Origin: Telmatocola sphagniphila
GTDB lineage: Bacteria; Planctomycetota; Planctomycetia; Gemmatales; Gemmataceae
Direction: 5' to 3'
DNA: 32,000 bases
NCBI RefSeq assembly: GCF_018398935.1
Contig: NZ_CP074694.1
Location: forward strand, 5,160,001-5,192,000
A program made the translations under genes and the position numbers. The notes beneath the pieces were generated by a model that was not told where the DNA came from, searched no databases, and saw only the letters and a list, made by a program, of their open reading frames with translations. Positions 19,447 to 26,930 of this stretch are shown here, piece after piece (position 1 is the first letter of the stretch; each line of letters starts with the position of its first letter).

Positions 19447-19890
19447 ATGCGCGCATCTTTCTTCTCGATGAAAGCCGAATACGCCTGCGAGGCGATGATG
19501 GAGCTGGCGGCGCGGCATCGCGACCCGACCCCCATCCGGCTTAAGACCATCGCCGATGCGCACGGGATCCCCAAACGCTTTCTGGTGCAGATCCTGATTC
19601 AACTGAAAACCGGCGGCCTGGTCGAAAGCACCCGCGGTTCTTCCGGCGGCTATCAGCTGGCCCGCGATCCCGATCAGATTTCGCTGGCCGATATTATCGG
19701 GGTCATTGAGCGGACCGAGCCGGCCGAGAACAGTCTGGACCGAAACCGTTCCGAAAATTCCTGCAAGCGCGTGATCCATTCTCTCTGGAATGAAATCACC
19801 GAAGCGCAGCAGGCCATCCTGGAGCGAACCACCCTGGCGGAATTGATCAGCCGGGCCCGCGCTCAGGATTCCTTGATGTATTCGATTTAA
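19447..19890 (+). CDS. Rrf2-family transcriptional regulator
   Basis: 'KAEYACEAMMELA...PIRLKTIADAHGIPKRFLVQILIQLKTGGLVESTRGSSGGYQLAR' is a classic Rrf2 winged helix. The gene lies 18 nt after cysH and 17 nt before sat. Confidence 0.9.
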   Translation: MRASFFSMKAEYACEAMMELAARHRDPTPIRLKTIADAHGIPKRFLVQILIQLKTGGLVESTRGSSGGYQLARDPDQISLADIIGVIERTEPAENSLDRNRSENSCKRVIHSLWNEITEAQQAILERTTLAELISRARAQDSLMYSI

Positions 19891-19907
19891 CCGAAGAGGA
19901 GTGTTGA

Positions 19908-21197
19908 ATGCCGGATTTGATAGCGCCCCACGGGGGATTGAGCAAACCCATCGATCGCCGATTGACCAACCCCGAATGCCCGTATAAGGAATGGGCCGCC
20001 GGGACCGAGGCGCAATCCCTGAAGTTGAACGGCAGCACTCTGCCGACACTTAAAGTCAGCGATGCCGATCTTTCCACGCTCTATCGCATTGCCGACGGCG
20101 GACTCTCGCCGCTGACCGGTTCGATGACTTCCGAGGAATACAATCGCGTTCTCGAAGAAGAGGTGATCGTTCGCCAGGGCAAGAAATATGCCTGGACGAT
20201 TCCCCTCGCTTTCCCGGCCACCGAAGAAGAAGCCAAGAGTCTGACCCCCGGCAAACCAGCCGCTCTCCTCAACAAAGAGGGCAAACTGGTCGGCCTGATT
20301 GAAGTTAAAGAAGTCTATCCCTGGGACAAGAAGAAATATAACGCTTCGGTTTATGCCACTGAGCGGAACGATCATCCTGGCGCCCGCATCGCCAATGAAG
20401 ATCTCCGCACTTTCTTAGTCGGCGGCGATATCTGGGCCTATCCGCAACCCAAGCATCCTGCTTACGGAGACGTGGTTCTCTCTCCGGAAGAGACGCGCAA
20501 ACTGTTCTCGGCCAAGGGTTGGGAGCGGGTGGTCGCTTTCCAGACCCGCAATCCCCTGCATCGGGCGCACGAATACGCGCTGGTCGTCGGCGCGGAAACG
20601 CTGGCTCGATTGGGCCACAAGGCCGGGGCCGTGTTGAATCCGCTGATCGGCGAAACCAAGGGAGACGATGTGGACGCCGTCACGCGCATGGCGACTTATC
20701 GCGCTCTGATCGAGCGTAAAGCACTCGGCGAAGGGGATACCGATACGGATCTGTGGAACAAGCTGGGCCGCAAGTTCACCGACAATCTGATTCTGCTCGG
20801 TTTGGATATCAAGATGTTCTATGCCGGGCCGAAAGAGGCGGTGATGCACGGCATCTATCGGCAGAACTTCGGGTTCACCGATATCATTATTGGTCGTAAG
20901 CACGCCGATGCGCCGTACGACGACGGCAAGGATATCTGGGACGGCCTGGCCGCGCAGCGCAAGTTCGACACGCTCAAGGGCGAGCTGTTGATTCAGCCGG
21001 TCAAAGTCGGTTTCGCGGCGTTCTTCGAGGAGTTGGGCCGGGTGGGTCTGGTTGACGAGTACGGCCCAAAGGGCTACAAGACGGTGAGCATCAGCGGCCG
21101 GGATCTGCGGGAGCAACTCCGCGGCGGCAAGCTGCCCGACCCGCGCATCATGCGTCCCGAAACGGCCCAGATTCTGATTGAGAGGATGAAGGGGTGA
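19908..21197 (+). CDS. sat: Sulfate adenylyltransferase (ATP sulfurylase)
   Basis: 'VVAFQTRNPLHRAHE' and 'GPKEAVMHGIYRQNFGFTDIIIGRKHAD', with a GAGGAG RBS 7 nt upstream. The C-terminus is '...GKLPDPRIMRPETAQILIERMKG'. Confidence 0.93.
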   Translation: MPDLIAPHGGLSKPIDRRLTNPECPYKEWAAGTEAQSLKLNGSTLPTLKVSDADLSTLYRIADGGLSPLTGSMTSEEYNRVLEEEVIVRQGKKYAWTIPLAFPATEEEAKSLTPGKPAALLNKEGKLVGLIEVKEVYPWDKKKYNASVYATERNDHPGARIANEDLRTFLVGGDIWAYPQPKHPAYGDVVLSPEETRKLFSAKGWERVVAFQTRNPLHRAHEYALVVGAETLARLGHKAGAVLNPLIGETKGDDVDAVTRMATYRALIERKALGEGDTDTDLWNKLGRKFTDNLILLGLDIKMFYAGPKEAVMHGIYRQNFGFTDIIIGRKHADAPYDDGKDIWDGLAAQRKFDTLKGELLIQPVKVGFAAFFEELGRVGLVDEYGPKGYKTVSISGRDLREQLRGGKLPDPRIMRPETAQILIERMKG

Positions 21198-21275
21198 GGC
21201 TCAAATCCTGTCGCCCAACAGTTTTGAAAATGTGGGCCCCTCGACAAGTAGGTCGAAGGGCATTATTGTTTTGGG
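21099..21275 (+). repeat. R1: resident sat 3' end + GTTCAAATCC-type core + terminator (first of five direct copies)
   Basis: Aligned by eye to 22278-22428 and 24228-24432. The core 'CTCAAATCCTGTCGCCC' is at 21200-21216. Confidence 0.85.
21236..21273 (+). terminator. Intrinsic terminator of sat (R1 version)
   Basis: GCCCCTCGAC-aagtag-GTCGAAGGGC forms a 10-bp stem with one mismatch, followed by ATTATTGTTTT. Confidence 0.6.
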
Positions 21276-21453
21276 GACTGGAGTTACAGACTGACGAAGT
21301 TCCAGAATAAAGCTCTCTAAATTTCAAGTTCAAAATTTTGTAAGTGAATTCCATCCGCCGAACACGCCGCCCCCCTTTCGCGCAGCATATTGAGCCCCGT
21401 GCGGTTATAATTATTGAGGTATCCACAACTCAACGTTGCAGAGGATTCAACTA

Positions 21454-21918
21454 ATGATCCCATCTCTACGGGAAGAGTTGGAGAAGGTCGCGAACCCCGA
21501 TGTGGCTGAGGCAATAACGAAGACAACCAGTCGGCTTGCCAATGAGCTTGCCGGGGTTCTCGGTACTATCTCCTCGAAGGAACAGACCACTTTACTTCTT
21601 CTCATCAATCAGACAATGCTTGAAGAGATCGAATCTCGGAACAAGAAACTGGAACGTCGTCGTTTAAGTGAAATGAAAGATGAAAGTGCTCTATCCCACC
21701 AACTCAATATTTCGAGCGGCTTAGGGGAAAAGCTGAAGATTACCGACCCCGATTTGTTGCCGACCTGTGAAGTACCTTCCGAAGTGCTGGAACTTGCAAA
21801 GAGAGAATTTAATGACCAGGAAACTACTGCCGAAATCCGCCGAATTAGGGAATCAGGTGGCCTCTCTTTCAACGACTTTTTTGAAGAACTCGAACGTCTA
21901 GCCCGATCCAACAAATAA
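21454..21918 (+). CDS. Hypothetical acidic coiled-coil protein in the antitoxin position upstream of the ParE/RelE-like gene
   Basis: The ORF ends 6 nt before the next gene. ATG at 21454 ('MIPSLREELEK...') is more plausible than the TTG at 21436. No DNA-binding motif recognised. Confidence 0.55.
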   Translation: MIPSLREELEKVANPDVAEAITKTTSRLANELAGVLGTISSKEQTTLLLLINQTMLEEIESRNKKLERRRLSEMKDESALSHQLNISSGLGEKLKITDPDLLPTCEVPSEVLELAKREFNDQETTAEIRRIRESGGLSFNDFFEELERLARSNK

Positions 21919-21924
21919 ACGCCC

Positions 21925-22230
21925 ATGGATGACTTAGTGCCCTACGAAGTTTCCTACTCCGAAAGAGTTCGGGAAGAACTTCGTGCCCTTATTGCCCGTG
22001 CAAAAAACGCTGGACTTGTCGATGAAGTTTTAAGTGCGCTTAAAGGTATTGAAAAACGATTGCGTCTTTATCCGCAGTTTGGTCAACCTTTGTGGAATCT
22101 TTCTGTCGAACCTGCTCAAATGTGGATGGGCGTAGTAGCTCCCCTAGTCATCCAGTATGTTCTGGATGAATCTCGTCGACAAGTAATGGTTGTTCATCCT
22201 ATCACTCCCTTGCGCAACTCGGGTTTATAA
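21925..22230 (+). CDS. ParE/RelE-superfamily toxin-like protein (101 aa)
   Basis: The size and pattern 'YEVSYSERVREELRAL...IEKRLRLYPQFGQPL...VIQYVLDESRRQVMVVHPI' match the RelE/ParE layout: Y-x-V-x-Y-S start, a mid 'P..G..L', and a C-terminal 'Y.vde....v.v..i'. Confidence 0.6.
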   Translation: MDDLVPYEVSYSERVREELRALIARAKNAGLVDEVLSALKGIEKRLRLYPQFGQPLWNLSVEPAQMWMGVVAPLVIQYVLDESRRQVMVVHPITPLRNSGL

Positions 22231-22277
22231 AGCCTAACGCATAGATTCAATTTGATCATTTGCAAAATTCAAGCTTT

Positions 22278-22428
22278 GGCGGCAAGCTGCCCGATCCGCG
22301 GATCATGCGGCCCGAAACGGCCCAGATTCTGATCGAGCGGATGAAGGGGTAAGGGTTCAAATCCTGTCGCCCAACATTTTTGAAAAGTGGGCCCTTCCGC
22401 GAGAACGTCGAAGGGCATTAGCATTGTT
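22278..22428 (+). repeat. R2: orphan copy of sat codons GGKLPDPRIMRPETAQILIERMKG* + core + terminator-like hairpin
   Basis: Over 75 nt of coding tail I count 6 differences from R1 (gac/gat, cgc/cgg, cgt/cgg, att/atc, agg/cgg, tga/taa). All are synonymous or stop-for-stop. The core 'GTTCAAATCCTGTCGCCC' is at 22355-22372. The hairpin is GCCCTTC...GAAGGGC. Confidence 0.85.
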
Positions 22429-22480
22429 GGACCAGAGTGCATCTTCGATTACGATAGTACCAAAATAAATCGGAGGCCTT

Positions 22481-23152
22481 TTAGACGAGCAGGGTGCGTC
22501 GTTGCCAGTTCACTAAAACGCGAATTGTGCACCCGAGTGTTCCATTCCAGTCATAGCCAAAGCCTTCGTCTTGCAGGCATTCGCAGATCTCGCGAGCGAT
22601 GCCGAGTGCATTCTCGTTGTAGACTTCTTGAGCGACTTCGGACCCGTCTGCCGAGAGCCAACCGTAACCCATGTAGACTGACAGTTTCGTGTTTTCCGAC
22701 AACTTTTCGGCCATATTCTGATCGATGAAAAATGCATAGCCACGAATCCGGTCCTGGAACCCGGGATGACGATGATCGATTACATCGATCCGATTTGAAA
22801 ATTCGCCCAGTGTGCATGAGTCGCAGCAGGGTGAAACTTGCCACAGTAAAATGCCTCGTTCGCGTAAGGTCGCTTCCACTCGATCCAGACGATCGCAGTC
22901 TGTCTCTGAAGGCCATAAGGACTGTTCAGCCGCGAGCTGGGCTTCGGCCCGTTTGAGCTCATTGGCCGCAAATAGAATGAAAGAATCTTGTTCGTTATCA
23001 GGACATTGGTCCTGGAGGTATATATCGCGGCATGCTTCAAGAATGGCATTGTGGTCGTACCTCGACAGCCGAACTTCACCAAGAACGAACCACCGAAGCG
23101 TTGCCCGCATATCGTCGCGCGCCTTGTCGTTCCATTCGTCCTTCTGACTCAT
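22481..23152 (-). CDS. Hypothetical protein, immunity-protein-like (possibly DUF6891-like)
   Basis: 223-aa ORF. The pattern 'RGILLWQVSPCCDSCTLGEF...GYAFFIDQNMAEKL...LSVYMGYG...IAREICECLQDEGFGYDWNGTLGCTIRVLVNWQRR' resembles, from memory only, the DUF6891 family. Confidence 0.6.
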   Translation of the reverse strand: MSQKDEWNDKARDDMRATLRWFVLGEVRLSRYDHNAILEACRDIYLQDQCPDNEQDSFILFAANELKRAEAQLAAEQSLWPSETDCDRLDRVEATLRERGILLWQVSPCCDSCTLGEFSNRIDVIDHRHPGFQDRIRGYAFFIDQNMAEKLSENTKLSVYMGYGWLSADGSEVAQEVYNENALGIAREICECLQDEGFGYDWNGTLGCTIRVLVNWQRRTLLV

Positions 23153-23434
23153 CCTCGGTTCTCCTATTGCACTTCTGCCCTGTGGATTAAAGTCTTATAG
23201 AATTTGGTAATCGCTTTAGCGGCACTAAATCGAAAATAGAGTAGCTAAAGGTGTGTAGGAAACGAACTCCTTCTCACTGGCCGGACTTTGATTTTTCTAC
23301 TCTCAAGTTTGTCTCGTTCACCCCTATGATCCACCCGACATCCGCACGGCAGCCTTGTTGTTTGTTACGGCGGCATCTATATTCTCCATGTCTTCAATTC
23401 AAAGACACATGAGTCGATCTGCTTGGGGCCCCTG

Positions 23435-24214
23435 ATGGCGCAAGACTTCAACACATTCCTGTTCGGTGATCTCCGCATTGCTACCGCAAGTAGTGGCCGG
23501 AGCGACTATGCCCACACCTTTGGTGGGCCGCACGATCGCAAAGGTACTTCCAGAGAGGACTGCAACGGGATACTTATCCATCTTTTACATCGCTTTGATC
23601 TGACCGATCCCGCAATTCCGATTCGCATCCCCGGTGTTCGCTGGCTGCCGCTGTATTACTGCTTCGACTTCCGTGCCAACGACCTGGGCTATCGGCTGAT
23701 CTCCGATGATCAATTAGTGACCTACTTTCCCGATGACGACCCGAACGTTTCGAAGGAAGAGTCGTGGCCCGACGACGAGGGGTATCCTTTAGAATTTCCG
23801 AAGTCCAGCATCAAAATCGCGGCCTACTCTTATAACCCGACTAAATTAAATGACGCTTACCAGTGGGCTGGCATTTTCGGTATCGGGAATCTCTCGAAAC
23901 GAGACCAATTAGCCGCGAAGAAACGTGTTGCCAAATGGATTGACAGCCTGGGATTTGAGGCCCCACCCGAGACGGACGAAGAATTCGACGAAGCATTTTC
24001 CAGTCCGTTTGCACAGGGCAAGCCAGATAGTCCCTGCTTGAATCCTGATTGCTCCAATTGGAAGAAAAAAGGTCAGTTGACTACGATTGCTCTGATGCCT
24101 GCGGAACCGGTCAAAGGCATCCGCACTTTCGGCCGTATGGGCGCTGGTGTGCAGTTGATTGTCCGCATGTGCCCTAGATGCTACACGATTCGAGTCAGCA
24201 ATCAGTGCGACTGA
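23435..24214 (+). CDS. Hypothetical protein with C-terminal Cys4 zinc-ribbon-like motif
   Basis: ATG at 23435 ('MAQDFNTF...'). 'CLNPDCSNW' and 'CPRCYT' lie ~45 aa apart near the C-terminus. The stop at 24214 lies 14 nt before R3. Confidence 0.6.
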   Translation: MAQDFNTFLFGDLRIATASSGRSDYAHTFGGPHDRKGTSREDCNGILIHLLHRFDLTDPAIPIRIPGVRWLPLYYCFDFRANDLGYRLISDDQLVTYFPDDDPNVSKEESWPDDEGYPLEFPKSSIKIAAYSYNPTKLNDAYQWAGIFGIGNLSKRDQLAAKKRVAKWIDSLGFEAPPETDEEFDEAFSSPFAQGKPDSPCLNPDCSNWKKKGQLTTIALMPAEPVKGIRTFGRMGAGVQLIVRMCPRCYTIRVSNQCD

Positions 24215-24227
24215 GTGACAGTTGTTG

Positions 24228-24432
24228 CGGGATCTGCGGGAGCAACTCCGCGGCGGCAAGCTGCCCGATCTGCGCATCATGCAGCCCGAAACGGCCCAGA
24301 TTTTGATCGAGCGGATGAGGGGATAAGGGTTAGTTATTTGTGTTTGGGCCGGCAGGGGTTCAAATCCCGCCGCCCCGACTTGACGAGACGAGAAGCCCTT
24401 CGGCGAGAACGTCGAAGGGCTTTTCTTGTTTG
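24228..24432 (+). repeat. R3: orphan, longer copy of the sat tail (DLREQLRGGKLPDLRIMQPETAQILIERMRG*) + ~28-nt insertion + core + best terminator
   Basis: Over 96 nt of coding tail I count 9 differences from R1, three of them non-synonymous (P>L, R>Q, K>R). There is no start codon, and an in-frame TGA lies at 24216. After the stop (24324-24326) comes 'GGGTTA', then extra sequence, then the core 'GTTCAAATCCCGCCGCCCC' at 24358-24376. Confidence 0.85.
24394..24432 (+). terminator. Intrinsic terminator (R3 version)
   Basis: AGCCCTTCG-gcgagaacgt-CGAAGGGCT forms a perfect 9-bp stem followed by TTTCTTGTTTG. Confidence 0.6.
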
Positions 24433-24540
24433 TTGCCAATGCTTTGCGCCGACCTGCGGTTCCGCTCATCCGGTCCAAAACGCCAAGCAACATCGGCTGA
24501 GCAGCCAGTGCAATGGCTGCAAGTCATTGGCTCAAAAGCG

Positions 24541-24575
24541 GTTGCAGAGTTCAAATCCAGCCGCCAGTTTCACTG
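24541..24575 (+). repeat. R4: degenerate fourth copy of the core only
   Basis: 'GCAGAGTTCAAATCCAGCCGCC' compares with the R3 sequence 'GCAGGGGTTCAAATCCCGCCGCC'. Upstream similarity to the sat tail is weak ('AGCGG.TG.AG'). Confidence 0.4.
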
Positions 24576-24665
24576 TATTCGCGCCAACTCGTCCGACTGT
24601 CTGTCTGAACCTTCCGATGGCAATCGCTGTCTACAATAGGCCAAGCAATAGCAGGGAGAGCGAAT

Positions 24666-25616
24666 GTGGGAACGAGCGCAGCAGAAAAACGCCAGAAACT
24701 CTTCGAGGTCAACAGCGCCGGCATGGCCGCTCTCGGCATGGGCGAGCCGGACACATTCGTCTGCCCTCTCTGCGTGAAGGTGTTCACGAAGGACGACCTG
24801 AAGCCGATAGGCACCCCGAAGGTGCCGGAGTTTCGGTTGACCCTGGCTCACATTATCCCCGAGGCGCTCGGCGGAAGGCTCTGCACGCTCGCCTGCAAGG
24901 ACTGCAACAACGGCGTGGGAAAGGCACTCGAAGCCGCGCTGAAGGAGCAGTTCGTCGTTGAAGACGCGGTCAAGGGCACAGGCAAGTTGAGGGCGCGACT
25001 CGCCGGCGACTTCGGGAACGTGGGCGTCGAGGTCAGCTTCCCCGGCGACGGCGGCCAGCCCTGGCAACTGGAACCCGTGGCGAGAATCTCCAACCCGGTG
25101 CATGCGGCGTCGCTGGACAAGATGCTGGAGGGTACCGAGGCGAACCCGCAGGCGGGGCCGCGCAGTGAACTGAAGTTCGAGTACAAGCATCAGCCCGGCG
25201 TCGTCGGGGCGGCGCTGTACCACGTCGCCTACCTAATGATGTTCCACTATTTCGGCTATCCGTTCGTCGCGAGCCCGCTCGGGCATCAGCTGCGGGCGCA
25301 GTTCCGCGAGCCCGACAAGGACATCCTTCCCCGGTACTTCCCTGTACCGCCGGAGGACTGGGTCGCGGCCAACGTGGACGCCGCGCGAAAGCACGCCGTT
25401 GTGCTGATTCAGGAGCCGTACATCGGCATCCACATCATGATGCGCTTCCATCCCGACAAGGGGCTGCCCCGTGTTATCGGGGTTGCCCTATCCGACCTGG
25501 ACGGGATGTCGTGGCCGACCGGCCCCGTAGGACTCGTTCGCGGGGCCATCGTCCGCATCAAGACCGATGGGGAGGAACTCCCGCCGTGGGTGCCACGGAC
25601 GCGTGCGGTGGAGTAA
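24666..25616 (+). CDS. HNH-like (HNH_5-type) nuclease-domain protein with an uncharacterised ~200-aa C-terminal domain
   Basis: GTG start preceded by AGGGAGAG. The N-terminal 'CPLC...(24 aa)...LAHIIPEALGG...CKDCNNGVG' matches the CxxC...H-(I/V)-I-P-x-x-L-G-G...CxxCN layout of beta-beta-alpha-Me / HNH_5 nucleases. Confidence 0.65.
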   Translation: MGTSAAEKRQKLFEVNSAGMAALGMGEPDTFVCPLCVKVFTKDDLKPIGTPKVPEFRLTLAHIIPEALGGRLCTLACKDCNNGVGKALEAALKEQFVVEDAVKGTGKLRARLAGDFGNVGVEVSFPGDGGQPWQLEPVARISNPVHAASLDKMLEGTEANPQAGPRSELKFEYKHQPGVVGAALYHVAYLMMFHYFGYPFVASPLGHQLRAQFREPDKDILPRYFPVPPEDWVAANVDAARKHAVVLIQEPYIGIHIMMRFHPDKGLPRVIGVALSDLDGMSWPTGPVGLVRGAIVRIKTDGEELPPWVPRTRAVE

Positions 25617-25650
25617 GTAACAGACGAGATTCAACCTCAAGGGGGTTCCA

Positions 25651-25842
25651 TTGGCACGCATTGTCGCGGACACGAACGTCTTCTACTACAATCTCGGGGC
25701 GGGCAATACCGCGCTCGAACTGGCCGATACCAAAGAGCATTGGCTCCGCATCACCCGGCAGAGTGTCAGTGGTGTCGGACCGACGCGCGGATGCGGGCGA
25801 GTGTCGCGTCGATCGAGCTTGAAGACGACAGGGGAGCGGTAA
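25651..25842 (+). CDS. PIN-like N-terminal fragment (possible 5' part of a frameshifted gene)
   Basis: TTG start 5 nt after AAGGGGG. 'ARIVADTNVFYYNL' resembles the first acidic strand of PIN / PIN-like (DUF4935-type) domains. The ORF stops after 63 codons but overlaps the next long ORF by about 100 nt in another frame. Confidence 0.3.
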   Translation: MARIVADTNVFYYNLGAGNTALELADTKEHWLRITRQSVSGVGPTRGCGRVSRRSSLKTTGER

Positions 25843-25874
25843 GCTTCAGAACGGAAGATGGGGAGCCAAGTCGC

Positions 25875-26930
25875 ATGACGCCGATGTCATATCCGGAACT
25901 CGGAACACGAACGGCGGAGATCCGCCAGCGCCTCGCAGCGGCTGATGCCGTCCTGAATCCAGGCGAAGGCCTGGCGCAGGCGCTGACGCAGGCGGAGGTC
26001 GTCGCTAGAACCAACGGGCCGGTCCGCGGTACTCCTCAGCACGAGTTCCTCGCAAACGCGAGGGCATGCACCGCCATGTGGGACCTTGCGGGGATGCTGC
26101 GCACCTGCGCCACCCGCGCGCTCGACATGACGGCTCACCTGCGGAACATCACCACCGGCACGGTCGATTTCGGGGTGCCGGCCGCGCCCAACTCGCAAAG
26201 TCACTACTTCAAGGATTTCCAGCTTGAGCTGTATGTCGCGGCGCAGTGCATCACGGACAACGTGCCTCACGTCGCGCTGAACCCTGTCCCTAACGCGCCC
26301 GACGGCGACCTCTACCTTGAGACTCTTCGTTGCGAGATCAAGCACCCCAACTCGCTCGGCCAGCTGAGCGACTATCTCAAGAAGTTCAACAAGGCACTTC
26401 AGGACCGTAACCTGTACGGGGTGTTCGTCACCGGCATTGAAGACATGTTCAGCGTGTTCCCGCCCGAGATGTTCCCCGACGACGCGGCGTTCCAGGCATG
26501 GCTCACGCAGAAGCGGCAGGAGGCGGACTTCTACGCGAGGACGTTTTTCCGGATGGCCGCGGGTCGTGACCGTATCCTCGCGACCGTCCAGCTGTGGAGC
26601 TTCTGGTACCAGGCCGGAGGCGCGGTGTCGCTTCACCGCGAAGGAAATGCCATCGTCTTCGACCACCGCGCCGGAATCCCGGCTCAACAGCAGCAGGACG
26701 CAGAGCGGATCGCCCGGGTCTTCAATCCGCACTTCCGCAGATGGACCCAGATCGAGACGGCCGTCCAAAATCTCATCAGCGACAGCGAAAGGACGCGTCT
26801 GCGCGAGTCCCTGCACAAGAAGGCCTACCAGATCTGGCAAGGCGAGGGCGAGCCCAGAGAGGGCCGCGCCCTCGCGAACTGGCTCCAGGCCAAATCCGAC
26901 TACGGCTTGGTACTGAACACGACGATCTGA
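25875..26930 (+). CDS. Hypothetical protein with PD-(D/E)xK-like nuclease core and C-terminal DUF2934-like motif
   Basis: The helix 'FQLELYVAAQ', then 'PDGDLYLE' and 'LRCEIKH', fit the E...D...ExK arrangement. The C-terminal 'KKAYQIWQGEGEPREGRALANWLQAKSDYG' is DUF2934-like. The frame is open from 25740 (TTG). ATG at 25875 follows GGGGAG, and ATG at 25791 is also possible. Confidence 0.6.
   Translation: MTPMSYPELGTRTAEIRQRLAAADAVLNPGEGLAQALTQAEVVARTNGPVRGTPQHEFLANARACTAMWDLAGMLRTCATRALDMTAHLRNITTGTVDFGVPAAPNSQSHYFKDFQLELYVAAQCITDNVPHVALNPVPNAPDGDLYLETLRCEIKHPNSLGQLSDYLKKFNKALQDRNLYGVFVTGIEDMFSVFPPEMFPDDAAFQAWLTQKRQEADFYARTFFRMAAGRDRILATVQLWSFWYQAGGAVSLHREGNAIVFDHRAGIPAQQQQDAERIARVFNPHFRRWTQIETAVQNLISDSERTRLRESLHKKAYQIWQGEGEPREGRALANWLQAKSDYGLVLNTTI

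Larger units (their letters stand above)
21276..22277. mobile_element. Islet A: ~1 kb AT-richer insert bounded by R1 and R2
   Basis: Flanked by direct copies of the sat tail. Composition is visibly lower in GC; a spot count of one 60-nt line gave about 42%. No recombinase is present. Confidence 0.55.
22429..24227. mobile_element. Islet B: ~1.8 kb insert bounded by R2 and R3
   Basis: Flanked by direct copies of the sat tail. It holds two divergently transcribed genes and no recombinase. Confidence 0.55.

Noticed and set aside
18949-20049. A 366-aa minus-strand ORF lies antisense to cysH, rrf2 and sat. Similar long antisense ORFs occur at 1214-1762, 10265-11128, 16507-17127, 20415-21116, 24570-25223, 25887-26840 and 27999-28850.
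   Set aside because: Each lies opposite a gene with clear family motifs, spans gene boundaries or has a low-complexity Arg/Gly/Pro-rich composition. These are typical shadow ORFs in moderately GC-rich DNA.
21195-21225. The 'GGTTCAAATCC...' core in the sat-tail repeats (also at 22353-22380, 24349-24380 and 24541-24575) looks like a tRNA or tmRNA T-arm/acceptor 3' fragment. That would suggest a hidden tRNA gene as the integration target.
   Set aside because: I could not fold a cloverleaf. The T-stem pairing fails: R3 gives only 3 bp flanking TTCAAAT (a 7-bp stem forms only with a bulged A and an 8-nt loop), and R1/R2 are worse. The ~75 nt upstream is sat coding sequence, and no CCA or acceptor complement is present. 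I treat it as an att core, not a tRNA.
24215-24961. A 248-aa + strand ORF runs through R3 and into the HNH-like gene.
   Set aside because: It is Arg/Ala-rich, as expected from an out-of-frame reading of GC-rich DNA. It overlaps the motif-bearing HNH frame and crosses the terminator and non-coding repeat. It is most likely spurious.
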